Below, piece by piece: positions 11,211 to 22,000 of a stretch of DNA of 64,000 nt (position 1 is the first letter of the stretch; every line of letters starts with the position of its first letter). The stretch is from a virus. Lineage: Duplodnaviria; Caudoviricetes. The notes below the pieces were generated by a model that ran no database searches, was not told the DNA's origin, and saw only the letters and a program-made list of their open reading frames with translations. A program made the position numbers and the translations under genes. The stretch spans positions 1-64,000 of the IMG/VR virus record IMGVR_UViG_3300020050_007362; one strand, written 5' to 3'.

Positions 11211-11450
11211 TTAAGCTTTGTACATCGCGGTATCGGTTTTATCAGCTTTCGATTTACCAATCTTTTGACCAGTTCTAAAAGCTTTATCTACCAATGTATC
11301 AAGTGCAATTTTAAAAGAATCTTTAGCAAAAATGATTGCAGCAGTTTGAGCTTCTACGGTTGGGTATTCAGCTAGACATATCCCAGTAACCATAGAATAC
11401 AAAGCGTCGCTTTCATCTGTTGTCGATTCTATACTGTGTTTAACTATCAT
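11211..11450 (-). CDS. Hypothetical protein (accessory operon gene 4)
   Basis: ORF-track frame; the MIVKHS start at 11450 overlapping the upstream stop is preferred. Confidence 0.55.
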   Translation of the reverse strand: MIVKHSIESTTDESDALYSMVTGICLAEYPTVEAQTAAIIFAKDSFKIALDTLVDKAFRTGQKIGKSKADKTDTAMYKA

Positions 11451-11811
11451 AATAGTTCCTATATGCAATAATAAATTGCTTAGTTATAACTTGACCATCA
11501 TCGGTCGCCATAAAATTAGCAACACCTTTGATAACATCGTCTTTACAAAGCCAACGTTGTTCTTCTCCGGTTAATGCTAAATTTACGGCTTCCAACATGG
11601 TATATTCTTTAATATCAGGTACTATTCCATCTCCAACTTTTACCTTTCTTTCTTCCCCTATCAATTCTTTAACCATGCTGCGTAAGTCTTCAAGACTTAC
11701 TGTAACTGGTGCGCTGACCGCAGCCGGTTCCTTAATAGGAGTTAACGTTTCCGCACTAGCTTTTAATGCTGCGAGTTGTTGTTCAAGAGATAAAATAATT
11801 GGGCTTGTCAT
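11440..11811 (-). CDS. Hypothetical protein (accessory operon gene 3)
   Basis: 123-aa ORF with AAGG upstream; tightly packed. Confidence 0.7.
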   Translation of the reverse strand: MTSPIILSLEQQLAALKASAETLTPIKEPAAVSAPVTVSLEDLRSMVKELIGEERKVKVGDGIVPDIKEYTMLEAVNLALTGEEQRWLCKDDVIKGVANFMATDDGQVITKQFIIAYRNYYDS

Positions 11812-11812
11812 A

Positions 11813-12002
11813 CTATACCTTTTTATTAATTAAACCATTTCGAGGACTGGGTTTCCCCTGCCCTCTACCGATGCTACCATTCCCATAAGACATATCTTTA
11901 TACGTTTCAAGTGAAATATCTTCTGATTCATCATCTGAACAAGAATGTACTTCAGTTATGTTAGTAGTAATAAAAATATCATCAAATGCTACGGGGATTC
12001 AT
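11813..12002 (-). pseudogene. Hidden ~62-aa gene interrupted by one extra C (or a TGA read-through extension of the upstream gene)
   Basis: ATG AAT CCC C GTA GCA TTT GAT...AAG GTA TAG; 190 nt = 63 codons + 1; the downstream frame is open for 61 codons and ends 1 nt before the next ATG. Confidence 0.6.
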
Positions 12003-12889
12003 GCAACATTATTCGCTGTTTGAGTAGGACGATTGCCATTGCCAATAGTTACAGCAGTATTAGTAGCTTGTTGAGCAGCAACTAATTGACCTAGCAAACC
12101 ATTAGTAATAATTGCTTGTTGCTGCAATTGTGCTTGTGATTGAGCTTGAGCAACATTAGTAGTTACATTAACATTACCAGACTCAACTATACCTCTTGTA
12201 GTGGTATGTCTATGATCGTCCAAGGCAACAGCTAATTGACGTTGTAAGTCAAGTTCTCTGGAGTTAGGAATAGATGCAGCCAGAGCAGCGATAGCTGTTC
12301 TAGTTTTATCACCATCATTATTAACAGCTTGTAGTGTTAAAGAACCTAATTGAGCAACGTTAGTATTTAACGCACCAAAAGCAGCAGCATTAGCTGTGTT
12401 ACCATTCGTTACTGCGTTAATGACATTACCAGAAGCAGCTAGAGTAGTAGCAACCCCTTCACCACCTTGTTTAGCGATGGCAGCAGCACCTTCAGTTACG
12501 GCTTTGACAATGATACCTTGACCTTGCAAGTTAGCAATTTCAGATTGAAGAACAGCAGTGTTAGCAGCAGCGGTAGAAGCGGCCAAAGCAGCTTGTAATT
12601 GACCTTCTGCTTTCCAGATTTCTCCTTCAACATTACCCAAAGTTTGTGAATTTTGTGAACTGGTTACGATGCCTTGGACATCAGCAGTAGTTAAACGATC
12701 AGCAGCAGCTACAGCAGCCGCATCAGTTCCACCACCGAGTAAATTAGTTCTACCCAATAACAAACCAAGTAACAGTCCGCCACCAAGACTTTCACCACCA
12801 GAACCTGTACCACCTAATAAATTGCCCATTTCCGCACCTTTTATCAACGAATTTAAATCAACATTACCTGTACTATCTGTGATAGCCAT
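11999..12889 (-). CDS. Gly/Ala/Gln-rich protein with a hydrophobic GGGLLLGLLLG segment (accessory operon gene 1)
   Basis: Start reassigned to MAITDSTG at 12889 (AGGAGA RBS); contains NDGDKTRTAI...RELDLQRQLA. Confidence 0.75.
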   Translation of the reverse strand: MAITDSTGNVDLNSLIKGAEMGNLLGGTGSGGESLGGGLLLGLLLGRTNLLGGGTDAAAVAAADRLTTADVQGIVTSSQNSQTLGNVEGEIWKAEGQLQAALAASTAAANTAVLQSEIANLQGQGIIVKAVTEGAAAIAKQGGEGVATTLAASGNVINAVTNGNTANAAAFGALNTNVAQLGSLTLQAVNNDGDKTRTAIAALAASIPNSRELDLQRQLAVALDDHRHTTTRGIVESGNVNVTTNVAQAQSQAQLQQQAIITNGLLGQLVAAQQATNTAVTIGNGNRPTQTANNVA

Positions 12890-13042
12890 AGTAATTCTCC
12901 TATACTTAACCCGGATGATGCCGGGACATCTGAGAAACATCTCTCAAAATCAACATAACGTTTAAGCTATACTGATAATTTTAAGTGTAGTTGAAGATTT
13001 AAATCTTTAAAGGTGCGTAAAAAAAAAATATTTATAGGTTAA

Positions 13043-16000
13043 TTATTCCTCATCGTAATCTTGCAAATCAAACGCTAATTCTAAATCTGGATCAGTGGTA
13101 TAACCCCTAACCCCTCGTTTCTTTTCACCGAGTTTAGTAGCGTTAATTGACGCACTAATGTTTTGATTAGTAATAGGTTTAAGCGGATGACGTTCATTCC
13201 AAGCTGACACTTCTTTTTGTTTAGACGTATCACCTTTTCGTCTAGCGTTGGCCGCTGCATGGAGTATTCTTTGACGTTTACTTAATATACTTTTCTCAGC
13301 TTCTTTATAGTAGCCTCGTTCAGCATATTTCTGTTCCAGTTCAGCACTACCGAAACCAGCCATTTGCTCAAATATTTCCATAAATGACATTTCTTTTAGT
13401 TGAGCGCCATCGATTGAACTAGCCCCTTCAGCCATGAACCGGGTAGATTTAATAATATCTTTAATCACTTTTGGTGAAGCGGTTTCAGCACCTCTGGCAT
13501 AATTACCTTCTCCGGCCAAGCGTACACCTTCCCACACATTACCAACTAAGCCTCCAAATGGGCCAGCTATAGATGATAGATATTGAGTAATCTCATCTCT
13601 ACCTTCCATGTTCTGCATAGGTTCTCTAAAAATAGTATCCGCTAGAGACATACGACCGGCTACATCGCCTAATGGAATGCCGATAGTAGAGAAAGCGTTA
13701 AATAACCCTTTAGTAGCCGCTGTAGCAAAGAACTCACCGGTTAGATCAGTTAGTCCTACTCGAACTTCCCTTCTCCAATCCCATGGCTCATCGGCATCAG
13801 ATATAGCGTCACCGATCATATTAACAACAACAGTTAATGCGCCCACTAAAGGCAATCCTAATGCACCTGCAAAAGACATTTGCATGGTTAATAACGCTAC
13901 AAAAGTTCTTCCTGCTTGTTGGGACTCTAGTTTAGCCGCTGCTTTAGCGTCCTTTTCTTCTTGAGTTCCATCAGGCATCTTTTTCCAGCCGTTTAATTTA
14001 TCGGCCAGTGTACGTCCCCAAAGATACAACATACCTTGTTGATATTTTTTGAACTGTAAAGCAATAGCCGCTGGCCAGCCTCTAAATATTCTAGCGGCGT
14101 TATCTGGTGAGTAGTTTAGTTGTGAACGATCATTAACATAACGTGCGTATTCAACAGCGTCCGCCCATGCGCCAACATCTTCATTTCTGTTTTCACCCAT
14201 CTTAATGCCTTTTTTAAGGGCTTCAGCTCTTGCTAATCGATAAGCGGCTATCAGTGTTACTTCACGATTTAAGCGTTCAGCATGATGAAACATCCAGCCC
14301 ATTTTCTTAGAAAACTCACCTAACTTACCGCCATGCTGATAACCTTCTTTACCAATCCCCATGATATCCATGGTTTGTGTCCTGGCAACAGTACCATCCT
14401 GTTTGAATAAGTTAAGCGCATCTATTTCACCTTTCAACTCCATATATTCAGGTGAAAATTCGGTCATTCTATTCAGGCGTTCTTGCATAATGGCGGATAT
14501 AGACGCATTACCGTTTTCATCGTATTTACCGCTTTTTACAGATGCTATAAACTCATTGTAGGCATGGTTAAACTCTTTTAATACGTTGTTGAACTCATGC
14601 TTTCCAAGAGCTACCGGCATTGCTGCACCCGGTGTTTGGAATAAGTTCATAATGGTACTTGATATACTGGCACCTAAATTCCATAAGAAACCAAATTGTC
14701 TAATACTACCTGCTGCTTGATCCATAGCAGTGGTTGCTGAATTAACCATGGCGTTAAAAGTCATCTCTAACTCATCAACAATATCAACTGCTTTTACACG
14801 TTTTTCAGAAGTGTTTAGTAGTTTTGATCCGTCATAGATAGCTTGTGTTTTTTCGATAACTAAATCTAAAGCTTCTGTTGCATCATCCACATCCATTTTG
14901 CCAAAAGAGTTACGCAAATCCTTAGCCGCTCTTAGTAACTTAGCTTTATCGGTTAACTTAGCCCGTTTAATCTTATCTTCAAGCGGATCAACCATGCCTC
15001 TGGTTATTAAATTATCCCAATCATCAGATAACATTTGGAAAGCTTCATCGCTTACATTGTCATAAAGAGCTCTACCCCTTTCAATGGCATCGTTTAAAGC
15101 ATCTAGGCTTCTATACTTATTACGTATTTTACGAACTTCTTTTAGTAAAATAACTTCAGGTGTATTTTCAGCTGCATTTATTTGCTCTTCTAATACACCG
15201 GGTTCAGAGAGTTCTTCCCAGTTTTCTAAAAGTAATCTGGCCGCTTCTATCTTCCGTAAACCGTCTTGTTGACGGTAAGGTGCGGTAGACATAGTGATAA
15301 TATCGCGCAACTGTTTAATGGTTTGCTCCATTTTCTTACCCCATTTCATGTTACTGAATTGAGATGCACCATGGGTCATGTGATTAGCGAAGTTGCGTTC
15401 TGCATCTTCTTCATAACCCTTAGTGCCTTTACGATGTTGAGCACTATGACGTAAAGAAACTTCAGGCAGTGTAGACAGGTACATTTGATAGATATCATCT
15501 CTTAGCTTTTCAGATATATCATCGTCAAGCCCAGCGCCGGATATCAACGTATTAATTTGTAAAATAAAGCTATCTGATCCGCCTTCTATTTTCAAAGCAC
15601 TGCTGAAGGATTTACCGTCTGCAATAATAGAGTCTTCGCCGTTTAATTTCTTAAATTCTTCCAAAGCTTTATCACGCGCTTTTTGAGTTTCAAAATTACG
15701 GAAGGTCTTAGTGCCGTCTGTAAAGTTTCCATAAAACCAGAACTTACCGTAACGAGATAAAGGCGCGTAGTATTGTGATAATCGGTTAGCTTCGTAATGC
15801 AATCTAAGCAGTTTGTTCATTTCAATTCTACGATTGCCGTCTAGGATAGCTTCTCTTACATGATCTTCTAGCGTATCTTGTTTGGCATCAGCTAACTTAT
15901 TTAACAGCTCATTAGACTGTACATAGAAGTCTTTAGACGCTTGTGGCATAGCGTTATATCGAGCTACTAAAGCAGGATGTTTAGCTTTTCTATCAGTATT

Positions 16001-19000
16001 TGGGTTTTTATAACGCGCTTCTGTAAAGGCAGCGTAACTTAATTCCTGTGCTTTTAAGAATTGCTCAAAGGTTTTAGCATCTTCTAAAGTGTTAAAAGCG
16101 GCGTTACCATTAAAAAAGGCTAATGGGTTTACCTTATTAATTGTATGTTGCTCATTAAGCTGATTAGCAAACTCAATGATTTCATTAGTATATTTGTTAT
16201 TAAATTTAGCTTGAGTGAAAGCAAGATACCGTTCGCTTTCTATATCGGTAGCCGGCATTTTCTTAACGCCAGTCCAAGCTTTAGAAGCATCTACGTTAAT
16301 AATGGTAGAATCTTGAACTACGCCGGTTAGTTCACCATGTTGCGCTTTGGTCAATATGTTATGGGTTAAAGCACTGACTTTATCACCTGCCAATACCCAT
16401 TGCGTTTGTAAACCATCTCTTAACCTACGGTACTTCTCATAGCTATAAGCCGCAGGTAGGTATTTTTTACAGTTTTCAACAAGTTGTTGTACTGATAAAA
16501 AGGCTAGTTTAGGCGAAGCTACTTGGCTAGATAACTTATCAAAGCCTTCTGAGATAATAGCTGACCATTCTCTGTACTGCTGTTGGTATTGTGCTGATCC
16601 TTCAGTACCAGTGGCAGGAGCCGGACGGCTGTAACGAATATCATCGCTCTTTTCGGAGAACGCACCAATATTAGCGGTTGCTGATTTGATTTGATTGGGG
16701 TTTTGAACTGCAAAAGCAATCCCAGACTCATCTTCTACATAAATAAGATCATCACCAGTACGCTCAAGAACGCTGGTAACTCTGTTTAACTTTTCATTAT
16801 ATTTAGTATAGGGTATGTCTCCGAAATGAACGGCTGTTTCTTTAGTGTTAAAGGGTGATCTTGCATTCAAATAAACCGCTATAGTGTCACCTTCTCCCAT
16901 AGCAGCCATTATCGACCCAGCTTTTGAATCAGCAAACCATATAAGCCCTGCTGTTCCGCTTCTAAATTTAGTAAAATCATTTCCTTTTTGTCTAGTGTGA
17001 TAAACAACAAGCGGTTCGCCATTCTCATCAACCACTTTAGAAGCGTTTTCTGGATCGTTAAGCCAATTTCCAAACCATTTTACGAACTCAGGTGTCCTCA
17101 CTTGAGCGTGTTGAACCGCATTAAGGTTTGAAGGTTTGCCATTAGGCGCTAAAAGTTTTCCTTTTTGTACACCCTGTGAAGAAGCCATAGCTGGGGTTCC
17201 ACCAAACACCCACGCTTTATTTAATGTTCTACCGTGGATGGCGCTTTTCAAACTGGATACTAATAGTTCGTGCATATCAGCATCAGTTAGCGTTCCAGTA
17301 ATGAAACCTCTAGCTAGGCCACGTTCCATCAGGAAGGCTTTAATTTTAGCAATCAGGCGACGATACCATGGCAGGTTAGGGTTATTCTCTCCTAACTTAG
17401 CAATGACCTCAGAAATGAACTCCTTGCTGCCTTCATCTATATCAGGATAGAGTTTTTTAACTTGATTCCAAACACGTTGCGTTTCAGAACCCTCTACTCG
17501 TGATTGGTTACGGATTTGATTTTGTAAATCAGCGTAGCCTTTTAAACCCAGCATACGCTCAAGATTAAAATGCTCACCTAACTCATGTAAGACAACGGCT
17601 TTTATTCTATATCTAGCAGTAGATTGCAAATCGATATAAACCTTACCATTAAGGTAAACCGCTTCGGTAAAGAAACCTTCCGCTGCTTTTCTAGCCGATT
17701 CTGGCCAAGAGTCACGGCCTTGAGTTAAGTTAAGAACCTTAGTGTTAATAAGGTTGGCAATGCCAGGGCCGAACTGATCAATTAATTCGTTTTCAGCTTC
17801 TTGGGCATTGGCAAATGTATTTACATTTTTCGCTTCTTGTCTACTAAACTGAGGTTCAGATAAATTAATACCTTCTAAAGAATCTAACCATCTTTGCATG
17901 GTCTCAGTAGGTAGGTATTGTTCATTAGATAAGAAAAAATTCTTTAAGGCTTTACCTAAACGAGAAAAAAACTTTTCTACTATGGATACAGGTTTATCAG
18001 AGGTGGTTGCCCATCTGGATACTTGATCTGAGAACCACTCTTTTTCTAAACTCCAATATCTATCTAACCCCTCACTTGTTTTGCCTTCTAACCCTTTAGT
18101 AATTTTACCCATACTACGAGCACGTAAACTTTCAACATGCTCTCTAGCAGTTTTACCTTTTGTAGAAGCAAGCCATTTAGCGTAGTCTTCTTTTATGGCT
18201 TTCCTAGTAGTTTCATCAGCATTAATATAGCTAGTTCTTTCTAGTATATGCCCCATCTCATGCGAGATGATTTCTAGCGTTTGAGTAAACTTAGCTTTAG
18301 GGCTGTACGCAATAATAAAATCCCCATTAGCTAACATACGCATGTTTCCCCCTTCATCCCCATCTAAAGCATGAGAAGGTATAGCTGCGTATTGCCCATG
18401 AAAACTTGCTGATTTAGCATCGTTGATAGTAGTAAAATAGACACGTTCCTTAATGCCCATTAACTTTTTCCACCCTTCTATAACACCTTTAATATTTTCA
18501 GGTACGTTTTCAGAATAAGCCGTATCTTCCCCGACTTTAAAAGGGCCATTAGGGTTAATTTCATTTAACGCTTTATCTGCTTCTAACCATTTATTTTTAG
18601 CCTCAACAAGTGTTTTCTTTTCATCAGTGGAAACCATATTTCCTGTATAACTTTCAATATCAACTCTAGTTCTACCTTCACCTTCTTTAGCCGCAAGAAA
18701 TAATGGTTTACCACTTAGAACACTGTGCCCTTTAATTAAAGCTATGCCTTCACCCCCTTTTCCTAAAGATAGATGTACAACCTCCCCACCCAAATCAGTA
18801 GCATGGTCTTGCGCCCATTGAGGGGGGTTTTCTATTTTAGGCTTAACTATTTCTGTTTTCTTTACAGGTTCAGCTAATTCTCTAGCCGCTGCTTCATCTT
18901 CTATTTGCTCAGGTGTGGCTAGGGGTTCTATTTGTTTAGCGTCTGTTAAAGCATCTATAACCGGTTTAGTTTCAGTAACAAATTCTTTTATCTCAGCAGG

Positions 19001-22000
19001 TGTTAATTGTTCTTGCATGTCTTTAATAGACTGCTCAAAATCAACAGCGGTAAGACCTGCACCTAAAATATATTCATATTCTTTGGATAAGTCATCTGGT
19101 AAAGATTCTAACTGTTTAGTTAGTTCTGCATCAGCCGTTTGCCAATCTGCTTTATCTAACTTAATAAAATTAGCATTTACGCTTTTTACAAAACTGAATA
19201 CTTCAGCTGCTTTTTGATTAGTTTTAGCGGCTTTTGCTAAAGCTCTATAGGATGCACCATCGCTTGATGGGTGACTCTTCAAATAGAACATAACCGCACT
19301 AAATAGTCTATCTGCTAATTGTGCTTTAGAAAGTCTAGGTGCAATTTCTGTTTTCTTTACAGGTTCAGCTAATTCTCTAGCGGCTTTTAAAACACCGTTT
19401 TGAGCTATTGCCAAACCTTCAGTGTTCTTTGTTTCTGCGTATCTTAATAGAGGTTCTATTAATTGATCCGGTATACTGGAAGGCCAATCTTTTAAATTAT
19501 TACGGTTTAATACACCTGCTCTATCTTGGCCTGTTCTGATAACCGCTATAGCGGCATCATAAGGCCCAGCATTGATAGGCATAATATCTATTTCATTTCT
19601 ATTAGGAATGAATAGGTAGGTATGGTTGCCATAATCTAAAGCAACTCTAGCATCGTCGTATTCTTGCTCTGCTTTAGTTGCATCTCTTAAAAAGACAGTT
19701 TCTGTTTTCTGTACGGGTTCAGCTCTACCTAAATCTTTAATACCTTCTTCATCAAATAATCCGGCAGTTGCTGTACCACCAAAGCCTAACATTTCATCTT
19801 CAAGCGTATCGAGTTCTCTATCAGCTCGTGCTTTTTGCTCAGCAGCTAAATCAGCAGCCGCTTTTTCAGCCGCTAATCGTTTAGCTTCTTTTTGCTGTTC
19901 GAGTATTTCTTCTTGCGTATAGGTCTTTAATAAAGGCGCACCCGGTGTATAAGGTTTTACTTCTTCTGTTTCTCTTCCTGCCGCCTCTTCGCCGCCTTCA
20001 AAACCGCCAACATCTGTTCCCTCGTCATATCCATCAGTAAATCCCCAAAAGTCATTAAGATCATCGCCGGTTACTATGTCACCGTAGTTAAAATCGTCTT
20101 CTACATATTCAATAGCATCGTCAAAATCTGTGCTATCTATAAGTCCTTCTTCTACAGCGTCGTCATATTTTTGTAATTGTCTTGCTTGCTCATCATTGAA
20201 ATTTTCTTTTTCTTGAATAGCCAATAGGTTTTCATGGCCAGCTGGCGTGTAGTATTCGTTTCCTCTTAATGAGTCATATAGCAATTCTGATAAACCATTT
20301 TCACCGTCTATATCATAGCCGTATTGATTTAAAGAAGTTGCCATGTCATCCATGGTTAACGCATTAGTACCATTATTAAAAATGGCTTGGTAACGCCTTC
20401 CTTTATAATCAGAGAAAGCCGATTTAGGTCCGTTAGCGTCCCTAATGCCGCCTAATTTTTTAATAGCGCCTTGAAGCTCTTCTAATCCAGAGGGTGTTGT
20501 GTAAAAAGCCGCTTTTGCTTTTCTTACCTTTTTAGGCTTTATTGGTTTATCCCAAACTTCATTGGTCTTAGCTTTTAGATCGGCCATTGACATAGCGGTA
20601 ATAGCGCCAAAGCCACTCCAACCTGAATTATAGTTTCTTAAGTACGCATCTTTAGCCGCATTAATATTAGGATAGCCAAGCATAACCTTATGCTCATCAA
20701 ATTTATTAGTCTGTTTACCGTTATCATCAACTACATACTGATCAACTACGTAAGCGTATTTAGTTTTATCTTCTTGTTCTTTGGTAAGCCCAACAGGTGT
20801 AAATACATCAAGATGATCTTTATCCGCACCCCTTACATTAGGCATACTTCCATAGTTATCTTCTAATTGTATTTCCCATTTTTCACCATTGGCATCTGTA
20901 CCGGAGCGAACAGTTCCCGCTGGGTTTTCAATAGCGACATGAATACCTTGGAAATCAGCACCGGTTAAAGGGTAGGCTTCTTTTGCTTCAATAGCGGCTT
21001 TGCTGGGTGTTTGTTGTTGATCAGCTGCTGCTGAGACAGGTGCTTGTTTTGCTTCTGGTGCTTTTTCTTCTGTTTTATAGCCAACAAATTCTAAAGTGCC
21101 ATCAGGTAATGTAATTGTTTCTGCTTTTGGCAATTGAACAGGAGTTACTTTAATATCGCTGGTAGCAATCCATGATTCTACACCGGAAGCTGATCTTACT
21201 CTTACTCTTCCATAGGAAGGTGCAGATACAGCAGTAACTTGCTCGCCGTCTTTAGTTTGTAAAGGTGCACCCTCTCTAATTTTATTAGCAAAGGCAACAT
21301 TTTTTACGTTTTCTTTATCCGTATAAAGTCCGGTAATACGTCTTCTCTCAGCAGATAGCTTTTGGCCAGCCGCATTTAAACGCTTACCTCGTTCTTGAGA
21401 GTCACTGATACTATTTGCATATTCTATTTCAAGATTATGGTTTTCGTTAGCGGCATCCCATTCAGTTCGTTGCGTCGGTGTTAATCTATCAAGATTAACT
21501 TTTACGTTATTAACTATGTTCTGTTCTACAGGCGCTACTTTTTGCTCTTCTTGCCCTTGGTCTTCTTGCCCTTCTTTATCGATCTGGGTTGTGTCTTTGC
21601 CTTGGTCATACGCTGTTAATCCTGTAGTAGCTTCCGCACCCGTTGGAGGAATGACGGTTTCACCTTGGGCTTCGCCCATTGAAGGAGGTGCCTGTTCAGT
21701 AGTACCTGCTCCTGGTGTTGTTGGTTGTGCTGCTGTAGTTGGTGTAGCTGTTTCTTTAAGGCCATTTTCTGTTGTTTCTTGTTGTATCGTTCTAAGTTGT
21801 GATAATCGAAGTGTAATATTGTGTATTAAATCGCCTTCACTGGCTTTTAAATACGGCGCACCTAAATCTTTTGCTATCGTTCTTAATCTTCCTAAGTTAG
21901 CGACAGGTGGTGTCGTTCCGTTTTCTACAGCTTGTCTTTTTTGATCTAATAAATCACTAATAGCAAAATCGTATTGGTTTAAAGTATCGTCAATAAAAGA

